Shown here piece by piece: positions 30,895 through 41,988 of a stretch of DNA of 64,000 nt. Both the position numbers and the translations under genes were made by a program. Below the pieces are notes generated by a model that searched no databases, was not told the DNA's origin, and saw nothing but the letters and a program-made list of their open reading frames with translations. The DNA lies in contig OZ244070.1 in assembly GCA_965215605.1 (NCBI GenBank), positions 1,728,001 to 1,792,000 of the forward strand, written 5' to 3'. Position 1 is the first letter of the stretch. Each line of letters begins with the position of its first letter. The DNA is from an uncultured Candidatus Binatia bacterium (GTDB taxonomy: Bacteria > Desulfobacterota > Binatia > UBA9968 > JAJDTQ01).

Positions 30895-32220
30895 ATGCAC
30901 TTGGTGAAACGACTCGCGCGCCCGGAGACCCTGCTGGTGCTGCTGTGGGCCGTCCAGGTGGCGCGGATGGCATGGCCGGGAGCCGCCGCCGACCACGTGG
31001 GCGCGGCGATCGCGGTAGCGTTCATCCTGCGGGTGTTCGCCTCCCTGCGCCGGCCGACCATCATCCTGTGCGCGAGCCTCGCCGCGCTGGCGGCGGTGCT
31101 GATCTCCATTTACGGCGGGCCCGCCGCCGTGCTGGTGGGATTCAAGGCGGCGCCCATGTTCGTGGGCTTCTTCGGCACCATCGTGCTGATGCGCGCCACC
31201 GCCGACCAACTCCAGCAGATCACCAACGCCCGAGCCTTGTTCGCGCGCCTCCGGCCCGACCATCGCCTGGGCGGCTACTTGGTGGGCAGCCACCTGATGG
31301 CGGTGGTGCTGGGACCCGGCGCCTACGCCATCACCGCTCCCATCATCGGCGAGAGCAAGGACGAGGAGGAATACCTCGCCGCCATCCGGGCCTGCCATCG
31401 CGGCGGCAGCGTCGGAGGCCTGTGGTCCCCGTTCTGGATCGCCATGGCGCTTTCCACGCAGTACGTGCCGGGGGTGCCCTTGTGGCACATCATGGCGCTG
31501 GGCATTCCCATGGCCATCTGCACGCTGACGGCCGCCCACGTGCTCTACTCCCGGGAGCCCGGCATCGCCCTTCTGTGGCGGGCGCTTCTGAGCCTCCGGC
31601 CCATCATCCCGCCGGTGGCGATTTGCGTCCTGCTGGTGGCGGTGCTGTCCGGCGTCACCGTGCTGTCCGCCCTGGAAGCACTGATTGTGAGCGTCCCGGC
31701 GCTTTGCCTGCTGGCGCTCGTGCCCAAGGGCGGACGTGGCATCCGGACGGCGCTGGTCGACACCTACCGCGGCGCCGCCTTCATCGGCAACGAGATCACG
31801 ATCCTCACCGTCTCGCTGGCGCTGGGCGGCGTGATCCGGCACGTCTTCGGGCAGACCGGGGTCACGGAATGGATCGGCGGGCTCGGGCTTCCCGGCATGG
31901 CGGTCATCGCCATCATCATCGGCGCCGTGAGCCTCGGCGCCTTGGTCGGCCTGCACCAGATCGTGTCGGTCACCTTCCTGCTGACGGTTTTCTCGGACCT
32001 GCCGGTCCAGGTGGCGGACGTCATCCTCATCGAAAGCGCCCTGGTGAGCTGGTCGTGCTCGTCCATGATCGGCCTGTCGGCCATCATGGTGGGCACCGCC
32101 ACCACCCTGTTCCGCGTCCCCCCGGAAAAGATCATTCTCGGCCCCAATCTCAGGTTCGCCACCCTGTTCGCCATCGGCTCCATCCTGGTGTTGGCGGGGG
32201 TGAACGCGCTGTTGACGTAG
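30895..32220 (+). CDS. Multi-pass membrane protein, possible secondary transporter
   Basis: 441 aa with many hydrophobic segments; no diagnostic motif recognised. Confidence 0.65.
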   Translation: MHLVKRLARPETLLVLLWAVQVARMAWPGAAADHVGAAIAVAFILRVFASLRRPTIILCASLAALAAVLISIYGGPAAVLVGFKAAPMFVGFFGTIVLMRATADQLQQITNARALFARLRPDHRLGGYLVGSHLMAVVLGPGAYAITAPIIGESKDEEEYLAAIRACHRGGSVGGLWSPFWIAMALSTQYVPGVPLWHIMALGIPMAICTLTAAHVLYSREPGIALLWRALLSLRPIIPPVAICVLLVAVLSGVTVLSALEALIVSVPALCLLALVPKGGRGIRTALVDTYRGAAFIGNEITILTVSLALGGVIRHVFGQTGVTEWIGGLGLPGMAVIAIIIGAVSLGALVGLHQIVSVTFLLTVFSDLPVQVADVILIESALVSWSCSSMIGLSAIMVGTATTLFRVPPEKIILGPNLRFATLFAIGSILVLAGVNALLT

Positions 32221-32235
32221 GCGCTCACGCCCCCC

Positions 32236-32262
32236 GGATCCCGGGTCAAGCCCGGGATGACG
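32236..32262. repeat. REP-like repeat, family B
   Basis: ggatcccgggtcaagcccgggatgacg; related copy at 41959. Confidence 0.75.
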
Positions 32263-32414
32263 GAGGGGGTCGGGGACAGCGGCGGCCAAACAGAACCCTC
32301 AAGACTCTGGCCGTCCTCGCCCTTTGCCGCGCTGCCGGACGGCAGCGAGAGCGTGGTGGTTCAGCCCGGGACGGGAGTTGAAAGGCCGGCGTCCGGGTCC
32401 CACGGGAGCGGGCG

Positions 32415-32909
32415 CTAGCGCTGTATCGCGGGAAGCGGCACCCAGTCCGAAAAAGTGGCGGCCTGTCCCTGCTTGGCGCCGCGCTCGTCCAGCACGTTCC
32501 ACACGGTGGCCTGCTTCACGAGGAAACGCCGTCCGGTCTTCGATATGCGCACGCCCTCATAGTCGGCGATGAAGCCGTGCTCGTCAGCCTGACGAAGCAT
32601 GCGGGCGCGTTCGGCGCGGTTCACCGGCTCCGCGGTCAGACGCGAGGGGGTGGCGATCAACTCCGGCCAGGTCATTTCCCACAAGACCAACGCCTGGCGG
32701 TTGCTGTAGTTGAGGACAGGGTCTTCCGTGTTGGCGTGGGACACGACCACGAAAGGCGCCAGGAAGAGCCTTTCGCACTGCTCGTCCAGGGTGCCGGTCC
32801 GCTCCACGAGATCACGCTTCAACCAGAACGCGTAGCTGTCCAGGAGCCAGCGTATCCAGGTGAGGTCCATGGCCGGCAGCGGCGGCGGGCGTTCGGACGG
32901 CTCTTTCAT
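32415..32909 (-). CDS. MEKHLA-domain (PAS-like) protein
   Basis: LFLAPFVVVSH...DPVLNYSN..AL.LWE...PSRLTAEP...YEGVRISKTGRRF...VWN. Confidence 0.88.
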   Translation of the reverse strand: MKEPSERPPPLPAMDLTWIRWLLDSYAFWLKRDLVERTGTLDEQCERLFLAPFVVVSHANTEDPVLNYSNRQALVLWEMTWPELIATPSRLTAEPVNRAERARMLRQADEHGFIADYEGVRISKTGRRFLVKQATVWNVLDERGAKQGQAATFSDWVPLPAIQR

Positions 32910-33081
32910 ACCCGGATACAATCTATATTTGGACCGGCGGCCGGTCAAACGGCCGCTCCGGGATCAGGTCATACGGCGGAACGCGGGACATCATGACATC
33001 ATTTGACTTGTCTCCGGAAAAGTCCGATAAAGGCACAATCGGGTTTTTCGCAGCTAATTCCCAGCGCAAGGAGAACATCCA

Positions 33082-33297
33082 TTGGCAACCGCCGTCACAG
33101 CTCCCATGGTTGGAAAGATACTGAAGATCGAGGCAGATACGGGCGCGACCGTCGAAGAGGACGATGTCATCCTCGTGATGGAAGCCATGAAGATGGAGAT
33201 TCCGGTGGTGGCGCCCGCGGGCGGGACCGTGAAAGCCGTGAAGGTCGAGGTCGGACAGTCGGTGGAGGCGGGGGAGGAGCTCGCCGAGATCGAGTAG
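33082..33297 (+). CDS. Biotin carboxyl carrier protein
   Basis: APMVGKI, MEAMKMEIPV biotinylation motif. Confidence 0.92.
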   Translation: MATAVTAPMVGKILKIEADTGATVEEDDVILVMEAMKMEIPVVAPAGGTVKAVKVEVGQSVEAGEELAEIE

Positions 33298-33334
33298 CCC
33301 CGCTCACCGGAAGCATTCACCCGGCATCTTCGGC

Positions 33335-33451
33335 ATGGGTATTTGGGAATTCGGTTTGACGGTGGCGCTGGTCGGCAGCGTCGGCACGCTGCTGGTGTTG
33401 TGGTTGCTGAGCCTCTTGATCCTCCTGATCAGGAAGGTCTTCCCCTCCTGA
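33335..33451 (+). CDS. Small single-TM OadG/delta-like decarboxylase subunit (not in ORF track)
   Basis: ATG 33335 to TGA 33451, MGIWEFGLTVALVGSVGTLLVLWLLSLLILLIRKVFPS (38 aa), between the biotin carrier and the beta subunit. Confidence 0.7.
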   Translation: MGIWEFGLTVALVGSVGTLLVLWLLSLLILLIRKVFPS

Positions 33452-33492
33452 GTACGATCCGCTGGGCGCGACAAGCATAAGACCCTGACTCT

Positions 33493-34635
33493 ATGGAATC
33501 TGCGATTCTTTCCGGAGCCCTGGGGCTCCTAGACGGCGTCTCACACTTGGCGCTCGGCCAAGTAGTCATGATGGCCATCGCGGGGGTTCTCCTCTACCTC
33601 GGCATCATAAAGGGGTTCGAGCCGCTGTTGCTGGTGCCCATCGGCTTCGGCGCCATCCTGGTCAACATCCCGCAGGCCGAGCTCATGGCCGAGGGCGGCA
33701 CGCTGCGGTTCTTCTACGACTTCGGCATCCGCACGGAGATCTTCCCGGTACTGATCTTCATCGGCATCGGCGCCATGACCGACTTCGGGCCGCTGTTCTC
33801 CAATCCGAAGATCATCCTGCTCGGAGCCGCCGGCCAGTTCGGCATCTTCCTGACGTTGCTGCTGGCCCTGGGCCTGGGTTTCAACAAGCTCGACGCCGTG
33901 GCCGTCGCCGTCATCGGCGCCTGCGACGGCCCCACCGCCATATACGTGAGTTCGCGCTTCGCCCCCCATCTGCTAGGGGCGGTGTCGGTGGCCGCGTACT
34001 CGTACATGTCGCTGGTGCCGCTGATCCAACCGCCGATCATGCGGGTCCTGACCACCGCACGGGAAAAGCAGATCGTCATGGGGATGGTGCAGCAGGCGCC
34101 GGCGTCCAAGACCACCCGCGTCCTCTTCCCCATCATCGTCACGGTGGTGGCGTCGATCATCGCGCCCCTGGGGACGCCGTTGATCGGCATGCTGATGCTC
34201 GGCAACCTGCTGCGCGAGTGCGGCGTGGTGGAGCGGCTCAAGCTGGCTTCCGAGAACGAAATCGCCAATATCGTCACGCTGCTGCTGGGACTGGCGATCG
34301 GCGGCACCATGGCCGCGGAGCGGTTCCTGCGGGTGGAGACCCTGATGGTGCTGTCCCTGGGGCTGGTGGCCATCGGACTGGATACGGTGATGGGCGTGCT
34401 GTTCGGCAAGCTCATGTGCTTCCTTAGCCGGGGCAAGATCAACCCGCTCATCGGCGCCGCCGGCATCTCGGCCTTTCCCATGGCCGCCCGGGTGGTGCAG
34501 ACCGTGGGCCAGCGGTACAACAAGAAGAACCATCTGCTGATGCATGCCATGAGCGCCAACGCCGGCGGCCAGATCGGCTCGGTGATCGCCGCCGCCATCA
34601 TGCTCTCGGTGCTCAAGGGCATGGGGATCATCTGA
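33493..34635 (+). CDS. Sodium ion-translocating decarboxylase beta subunit (OadB/MmdB/GcdB family)
   Basis: FEPLLLVPIGFG, GAMTDFGP, GAAGQFGIF, IGACDGPTAI, AAYSYMSLVP, GISAFPMAARV. Confidence 0.95.
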   Translation: MESAILSGALGLLDGVSHLALGQVVMMAIAGVLLYLGIIKGFEPLLLVPIGFGAILVNIPQAELMAEGGTLRFFYDFGIRTEIFPVLIFIGIGAMTDFGPLFSNPKIILLGAAGQFGIFLTLLLALGLGFNKLDAVAVAVIGACDGPTAIYVSSRFAPHLLGAVSVAAYSYMSLVPLIQPPIMRVLTTAREKQIVMGMVQQAPASKTTRVLFPIIVTVVASIIAPLGTPLIGMLMLGNLLRECGVVERLKLASENEIANIVTLLLGLAIGGTMAAERFLRVETLMVLSLGLVAIGLDTVMGVLFGKLMCFLSRGKINPLIGAAGISAFPMAARVVQTVGQRYNKKNHLLMHAMSANAGGQIGSVIAAAIMLSVLKGMGII

Positions 34636-34663
34636 CCAAGGGTCTGGCCCGCACCCCACGACC

Positions 34664-34714
34664 GTCATTCCCGCGAAAGCATGTCCCGGACTTGATCCCG
34701 GGCGGGAATCCAGG
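34664..34714. repeat. Composite family A REP-like repeat with a nested family B-like palindrome
   Basis: gtcattcccgcgaaagc[atgtcccggacttgatcccgg]gcgggaatccagg. Confidence 0.8.
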
Positions 34715-34736
34715 GGCGGCGGCCGGGGGGACACGA

Positions 34737-36320
34737 ATGGCCGACGAAACCACCACCCCGAAGCAAGACACGCCGGACACGCAATCGCCGGAAGGGAAGC
34801 TTGCCGAGCTCGAGGCCGGCGTCCTTGAAGGCGACGCCCGGGCCATCGACAAGCAGCACCGCGAGGGCAAGCTCACTGCCCGCGAACGCATCGACAAGCT
34901 CGTGGACCCGGGCAGCTTCACCGAGGAGTTCATGCTGGCCGAGACCCAGTGCACGGATTTCGGCATGGCGGAACGGCGGCAACCCACCGACGGGGTGGTG
35001 TGCGGCTTCGCCCGCATCGACGGGCGCCCCGTCTATCTGTTCGCGCAGGACCGCACGGTGCTGGCCGGAGCCGTGGGCAGCGCCCACGCCGAGAAGATCG
35101 CCAACGGCATCCGCACCGCCCGCTCCCTCGGCATGCCGTGCATCGGCCTCTACGACTCGGTGGGAGCACGGATACAGGAAGGGCTGAGCGTCACCGCCGC
35201 CATCGGCCAGATCTTCTTCGAGAACAGCATCGCCTCCGGCGCGGTGCCGCAGATCTCGGCGGTCATGGGGCCGTGCATCGGCGTGGCCTCCTACTCGCCG
35301 GCGCTGACCGACTTCATCCTCATGGTGCGGGGAACCAGCCAGATGTTCATCACCGGGCCGCCGGTGATCAAGGAGGTGCTGGGGGAAGAGGTGACCATGG
35401 AGGAGTTGGGCGGCGTCCGCATCCACTCCGAGGTGTCCGGGGTGGCGGACGTGGTGAGCGCGGACGACGCGGCCTGCCTGGCACAGATCCGGGATCTTCT
35501 GGGGTTCCTGCCCGCTAACTGCAACGAGCCGCCGCCTCGCAAGGAGACCGGCGACGTCCCGGAGCGGCGGCTGGACGGCATCGAGGCGCTGGTCCCCGAC
35601 GACAAGCGCAAACCCTACGACATCGTCAAGGTCATCAAGGCGGTGGTGGACGGCGGCGAGTTCCTGGAGCTCAAGCGCCGGTTCGCGCGCAACCTGGTGA
35701 TCGGGTTCGGACGGCTGGACGGCTACCCGGTGGGGTTCGTGGCCAACCAGCCCATGTTCCTGGCCGGCAGCCTGGACGTGGACGCCTCGGACAAGGCCTC
35801 CCGCTTCATCCGCTTCTGCGACGCCTTCAACATCCCCATCGTCACCCTGATGGATGTGCCGGGGTTCTTTCCAGGCCGGCAACAGGAAGAGCAGGGCATC
35901 ATCCGGCACGGCGCCAAGATGCTCTATGCCTACGCCGAGGCCACGGTGCCCAAGATCACCATCGTGCTGCGCAAGGGATACGGCGGCGCCAAGCAGGCCA
36001 TGTGCACCCGGGAGATGGGGGCCGACCAGCTCTGGCTCTGGCCCGGGGTGGAGCTGGCGGTGATGGGCGGCGGCGGCGCCGTCAACGTGCTCTACCGGCG
36101 CGAGATCGCCGCCTCCGACGACCCCGAGCGCACCCGCCGGGAGAAGATGGCCGAGTTCAACGAGCGCTTCAACGGCCCCTTCGAAGCCCTCTCCAAGCAA
36201 TTCGCCCAGGCCGCCATCCAGCCCGCCGACACCCGGGCCCGCCTCACCCACACCTTGGCGCTGCTGCGCGAGAAGAAGGAAACCCGCCCCGCCAAGAAAC
36301 ACGGCGTGATGCCGGTGTAG
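34737..36320 (+). CDS. Acyl-CoA carboxyltransferase (methylmalonyl-CoA decarboxylase alpha / PccB family)
   Basis: GKLTARERI, DGVVCG, DSVGARIQEG, MFITGP, FIRFCDAFNIP, DVPGF, KKHGVMP. Confidence 0.93.
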   Translation: MADETTTPKQDTPDTQSPEGKLAELEAGVLEGDARAIDKQHREGKLTARERIDKLVDPGSFTEEFMLAETQCTDFGMAERRQPTDGVVCGFARIDGRPVYLFAQDRTVLAGAVGSAHAEKIANGIRTARSLGMPCIGLYDSVGARIQEGLSVTAAIGQIFFENSIASGAVPQISAVMGPCIGVASYSPALTDFILMVRGTSQMFITGPPVIKEVLGEEVTMEELGGVRIHSEVSGVADVVSADDAACLAQIRDLLGFLPANCNEPPPRKETGDVPERRLDGIEALVPDDKRKPYDIVKVIKAVVDGGEFLELKRRFARNLVIGFGRLDGYPVGFVANQPMFLAGSLDVDASDKASRFIRFCDAFNIPIVTLMDVPGFFPGRQQEEQGIIRHGAKMLYAYAEATVPKITIVLRKGYGGAKQAMCTREMGADQLWLWPGVELAVMGGGGAVNVLYRREIAASDDPERTRREKMAEFNERFNGPFEALSKQFAQAAIQPADTRARLTHTLALLREKKETRPAKKHGVMPV

Positions 36321-36325
36321 GGCCG

Positions 36326-36757
36326 CTACGGGCCGGGGGCCTGCACCCCGGGCGCCCGGCGCCGGGTCATGATCGCGAGCCGGTCCAGGCCAGCGGACCG
36401 CGCGGCATCCATCACCGCCACCACCACGCCGTGGGGGACGCGGCGGTCGGCCCGGATCAGCACCCGCGGGTCCCGGCGGTCGCCGGCGATTTCCGCCAAC
36501 CCCGCCCCCAGCGCCTCCAGCGTCACCGGAACGCCGTCCAGGCGGATGACGCCTTCAGGGGTGATGAGGATGCGTACGTCGTCGTCGTTGGGGGCGACCT
36601 CGCGCGCCGAGGCGCCGGGCAGGTCCACGGTGATGCCGGGATTGGCCAGGAAGTTCATGGACAGGGCGAAGAAGATCAGCAGATTGAAGATCGTGTCCAG
36701 GAACGGCGTCATGTCGAGGAAGCCGCCCGCGGCTCTCCTGCGTGGCCGGAAGTCCAT
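36326..36757 (-). CDS. exbD: ExbD/TolR family protein
   Basis: DMTPFLDTIFNLLIFF, VLIRAD..V.HG.VV.VMD. Confidence 0.88.
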   Translation of the reverse strand: MDFRPRRRAAGGFLDMTPFLDTIFNLLIFFALSMNFLANPGITVDLPGASAREVAPNDDDVRILITPEGVIRLDGVPVTLEALGAGLAEIAGDRRDPRVLIRADRRVPHGVVVAVMDAARSAGLDRLAIMTRRRAPGVQAPGP

Positions 36758-36758
36758 G

Positions 36759-37385
36759 TCAGTCCTCTACGCCGTCGCACAGAAGGTCCATGAAACGGGT
36801 GGACAGCCGCTCCATCTCCAGGATCAGGGCATTGGCCTTGTTCAACAGGTAGCGGTGCATGACGATCACCGGAATGGCCACGCTCAGACCCGCCATGGTG
36901 GTGATGAGCGCCTCGGATATGCCGCCCGCGAGCGTACCGGGGTTGACCGCAGTCTGCGAGGAGATCACCGCGAAGATCTCGATCATGCCCGAGATGGTTC
37001 CCAGGAGACCGAGCAGGGTGCTGACCCCGGCGATGGTGCCGAGGGTGTCCACGAACCGCTCCAGACCGGCCGCTTCCTGGCGGCCGGTCTCTTCCATGTG
37101 CTCTTTCATGATGCCGCGGGGTTGCCCCGACACGCGCAAGGCCACCAGCAGGACCCTCGCGAACGCGGCTCGGCTCGAGCGCAGCAGCTCCACCGCGGCG
37201 GGGACATCCCGGTCGGCGATCAGCGCTTCGGCCCTTCGCACCAGGTCCGCCGGCACCACCCGGCACCGTCTCAGGCTGAAGAGCCGCTCCACGAAAATGG
37301 CCAGGGCCACGATGGAGCAGAGCATTATGGGGACGATGAAGACGCCGCCCTTGCCGAGGAATTCGAGCATGCTGTCAAATACCAC
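36759..37385 (-). CDS. exbB: MotA/TolQ/ExbB proton channel protein
   Basis: LGTIAGVSTLLGLLGTISGMI, LAGGISEALITTMAGL. Confidence 0.88.
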   Translation of the reverse strand: MVFDSMLEFLGKGGVFIVPIMLCSIVALAIFVERLFSLRRCRVVPADLVRRAEALIADRDVPAAVELLRSSRAAFARVLLVALRVSGQPRGIMKEHMEETGRQEAAGLERFVDTLGTIAGVSTLLGLLGTISGMIEIFAVISSQTAVNPGTLAGGISEALITTMAGLSVAIPVIVMHRYLLNKANALILEMERLSTRFMDLLCDGVED

Positions 37386-37507
37386 TAATCATGGACTTCA
37401 GGTAAACGCAGCCCCAGGACAACCCTTGCCGTTTCGGCGCCCGGCTTGTTTCCCGGCCTTCTACGTTCTATCCCAATAGAAGGGGCCGCGGGTTCCGGGA
37501 ATCATCC

Positions 37508-38287
37508 ATGCGCAGACAGATCGGACCGCTGGTGGTCGATGTCTTTCCACCGGAACGGAACAAGTTCCGGCCGCCCGTCGTCCTGGTCCACGGGCTGTGG
37601 GTGGGCGCTTGGTGCTGGCACGAGTGGGCCACCCGGCTGTGCAACCTGGGCTGGGAATGCTGGTCGCTCAATCTCAGGGAGCGCGACGGCGGCGCGCCGC
37701 AAACCCCCGAGGACACCGTGCGGGACTTGCGCGCGGTGCTGGGGGAGGCGGCCTTCCCGCCGGTGGTGGTGGGCCACGGGACCGGCGCGCGGCTGGCGTT
37801 GGCGGCGGCCCCTGACTGCGAGGTCACGGCCGCGGTCCTGGCCGCCCCGGACATCTCCCCCTACCTGGCCGCTTTGCCCAGGGCCATGCGCCTGCTCCGG
37901 CTCCGGTATCTGGCGCTGCTGGCGATGCGCCGGCGGATACTCATCCGGCCCGCGGACTTCCGGGAGCTGTGGCTCGGCACCGTTCCGCCGGGCCAGCAGC
38001 GGGACATCGTCGGTGCGCTGGTCCCGGAGCCGCCCCAGATGGTCCGGGCGCTGTTCGAACGCGGCATCGCGCTCCCGGAGTTGCGCTTCCCGGCGCTGGT
38101 GCTCGGCGGCGCCGAAGACCGGGCGGTGCCGAGCGAGGCCGCCCGCGACTTCGCCCGCGACATCGGCGCCGCCTACCTGGAGGCCGCCGGCCGGGGCCAC
38201 TGGCTGCTGGAAGACGGGGACCTGGTGAGCCGGACCCATAGCTGGCTCGTGCAGACTCTCGGAGAAGACATACAGGAGCCGTCATGA
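37508..38287 (+). CDS. Alpha/beta hydrolase-fold protein with an atypical nucleophile elbow
   Basis: PVVLVHGLW, VVGHGTGA, LGGAEDRAV, GRGHWLL. Confidence 0.8.
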   Translation: MRRQIGPLVVDVFPPERNKFRPPVVLVHGLWVGAWCWHEWATRLCNLGWECWSLNLRERDGGAPQTPEDTVRDLRAVLGEAAFPPVVVGHGTGARLALAAAPDCEVTAAVLAAPDISPYLAALPRAMRLLRLRYLALLAMRRRILIRPADFRELWLGTVPPGQQRDIVGALVPEPPQMVRALFERGIALPELRFPALVLGGAEDRAVPSEAARDFARDIGAAYLEAAGRGHWLLEDGDLVSRTHSWLVQTLGEDIQEPS

Positions 38288-39012
38288 CCGACGTCAGCCT
38301 CTTCGTTGCCTTTACCGCCGGCGGGCTGTCGTTCCTCAGCCCTTGCGTCCTGCCGTTGATCCCGTCGTACCTGTCGTTCGTCTCCGGCATGTCGCTTCAG
38401 GAAATACGCGAGGGCGGCGCCGGCGGCGCCCGGGTGATGGGGAACGCGCTGGCGTTCGTGGGCGGCTTCTCCCTGGCGTTCGTCGCGCTGGGAGCGTCCG
38501 CGAGCTTTCTGGGGAGCCTGCTCATCGCCTACCAGGACATCGTCCGGGTGGCGGGCGGCCTTTTCATCCTGGTGGTGGGGCTCTACCTGACGGGGCTCTT
38601 CAAGGTCGCCAGGCTGGACCGCTACGCGCAGTTCAACCTGCGCAGCAAGCCCGCGGGCTATCTCGGCTCGGTACTGGTGGGCCTCACCTTCGCGGTGGCA
38701 TGGATACCCTGCGTGGGGCCGATCCTGGGCGCCATCCTGACCCTGGCCGGCACCACCAGCGAGATCCAGCGGGGCGTGGTGCTGCTCTCCGCCTACGCCG
38801 CCGGCCTGGCGCTGCCGTTCCTCCTGAGCGCGCTCGCCATGAACCAGTTCTTCAAGGTCTCCCGCGCCCTCGGCTCCTGGCTGCCCGCCATCCACGTCGC
38901 CGCCGGCCTGCTGCTGGTGGCCGTCGGCATCCTCCTGCTCACCGACACCATGACCGCCCTCAACGCCTACGCCCTCCGCTTCACCCCGGTCTGGCTGGTG
39001 GAGCGGCTGTAG
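38284..39012 (+). CDS. ccdA: Cytochrome c biogenesis protein CcdA
   Basis: SFLSPCVLPLIPSY and WIPCVGPIL. Confidence 0.92.
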   Translation: MTDVSLFVAFTAGGLSFLSPCVLPLIPSYLSFVSGMSLQEIREGGAGGARVMGNALAFVGGFSLAFVALGASASFLGSLLIAYQDIVRVAGGLFILVVGLYLTGLFKVARLDRYAQFNLRSKPAGYLGSVLVGLTFAVAWIPCVGPILGAILTLAGTTSEIQRGVVLLSAYAAGLALPFLLSALAMNQFFKVSRALGSWLPAIHVAAGLLLVAVGILLLTDTMTALNAYALRFTPVWLVERL

Positions 39013-39178
39013 CGGTCGCCGCCAAGGCGTAGCCGCTTCTGGCCTGTTTCTCGTGAGGAAGGACGCCTGACGTGGTAAGATAACCCTTGTATCTACCAAG
39101 CGCTTAAGAAACGACACCTGCGGCCGATAGGAATATTGTGAGTGGAAACCGCACAAATCATTTGTAGGTGGTCGATCC

Positions 39179-39571
39179 ATGGGCGAATTTGCTGAACAGA
39201 GAAAGCCGCCGCCAGACGTGTACCAAGCGTACCGTAACCGTATTGAGACGTTGCGTCGTGACGCCGAGATTGACGGGTTGACGGTGAACGAAACGTCCGA
39301 GAGAGACTTCTGGTCTTTCGTGAAATCAGAGCCTTTCGCCCACAAGGCAGACGTAGTGCTCGTGGACAACGGCAACCTTCGCGCAATTTGGGACAGCGAG
39401 GACGGTACCCACCTTGGGCTCCAATTTCTCGGCGATCGTACGCTGCAATGCGTCATTTTCCGAAGACGGCAGGGAAGCAGCAATGTCTCACGTGTGGCCG
39501 GGCGCGATACATTCGAAGGTGTTGCGCAACAGGTACAGGCTTTCGGACTCAAGCCGCTCTTACAGACATGA
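39179..39571 (+). CDS. Hypothetical protein, first gene of a coupled pair
   Basis: 130-aa ORF, lower GC than flanks, ATGA overlap with the next ORF. Confidence 0.65.
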   Translation: MGEFAEQRKPPPDVYQAYRNRIETLRRDAEIDGLTVNETSERDFWSFVKSEPFAHKADVVLVDNGNLRAIWDSEDGTHLGLQFLGDRTLQCVIFRRRQGSSNVSRVAGRDTFEGVAQQVQAFGLKPLLQT

Positions 39572-40020
39572 CCGGTCTCGACCTCCCCCACGAGGCCCAT
39601 GTCGTTCGATATGTAAAGCCCACAGACGTTCGTGACAGCGGAAAAATCGCCGGCGCGGCGTTCTGCCTCCGAGCGTGGCGGGCAGACGATACCAGATTGT
39701 CCGTCAACTGGCTTGAATGCTTTGACAACCTCACCAAGGAAGAGCAGGTCGCCGAGGTTCGGCGGCTCTCAAGGTTGACGATGCGACAACGCGGTCGCCT
39801 TGCTGAATTGAACGTAGGTGCCACCAAAGAACACCTACGCAGCCGCCTCGACTCGGTTCGCTTCGTTCACGCACCCCTGGCTGCGGAGGATACCCATGAA
39901 GCCGACCCTTCGCATAGCGAAGTCAACGACTTGCCAGCCGAAGACTCCCCTGAAGCCGAATTGATCGGCGACATGATCGCGCAAACCATAACCGCGATCT
40001 ATCCCGCGATCCAAGGCTAG
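39568..40020 (+). CDS. Hypothetical protein, possible RES/ADP-ribosyltransferase-like fold
   Basis: VVRY...AAF...LSVNWLE...AELNVG...DPSHSEV; start ATG 39568. Confidence 0.55.
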   Translation: MTGLDLPHEAHVVRYVKPTDVRDSGKIAGAAFCLRAWRADDTRLSVNWLECFDNLTKEEQVAEVRRLSRLTMRQRGRLAELNVGATKEHLRSRLDSVRFVHAPLAAEDTHEADPSHSEVNDLPAEDSPEAELIGDMIAQTITAIYPAIQG

Positions 40021-40036
40021 CCTGAAGTTCAGGACA

Positions 40037-41416
<1,380 letters not shown>

Positions 41417-41503
41417 TTACCGTGGCCCCGTAACGGCATCTGCCTCCGGTGATGTCCGGCCGTTTGCACTCGGAGCGCCGATCCCACATGATGGTAACGT
41501 CGC

Positions 41504-41836
41504 ATGCCCTCGCCGAAACTACCGCAGCGCGCCCTGAATTACGGCCTGACGCTCGTCCTGGCCCTGATGCTGTCTTTTCTGGTCTTCGGCGAGTGGGGTC
41601 TCGTGCACTACCGGCGTTTGTCGGAAGAAAGACGGTCGCTCGAGGAACGGTCCCAGGCGCTGCAACGGGACAACGAGCTGTTGCGCGAGAAGATCTACCG
41701 GCTGAGGAAAGACGACCGATACCTGGAGAAAGTCGCCCGGGAACAACTCGGCATGGCCAAGGACGGCGAGATCATCTATCTGTTCCCGTCCAACGGGGTC
41801 AAGGAAACGGGTGGCGGCGCCCGGCCCCAAGATTGA
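41504..41836 (+). CDS. ftsB: Septum formation initiator FtsB/DivIC family
   Basis: TM helix, coiled coil, YLEKVAREQLGMAKDGEIIY. Confidence 0.85.
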   Translation: MPSPKLPQRALNYGLTLVLALMLSFLVFGEWGLVHYRRLSEERRSLEERSQALQRDNELLREKIYRLRKDDRYLEKVAREQLGMAKDGEIIYLFPSNGVKETGGGARPQD

Positions 41837-41871
41837 CTTCATTTCCACGATAAAATAAGAGGTAACCCAGA

Positions 41872-41946
<75 letters not shown>

Positions 41947-41958
41947 ACCACTCCACCC

Positions 41959-41986
41959 CTGGACCCCGGATCAAGTCCGGGGTGAC
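41959..41986. repeat. REP-like repeat, family B, downstream of the tRNA
   Basis: ctggaccccggatcaagtccggggtgac. Confidence 0.75.
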
Positions 41987-41988
41987 CG

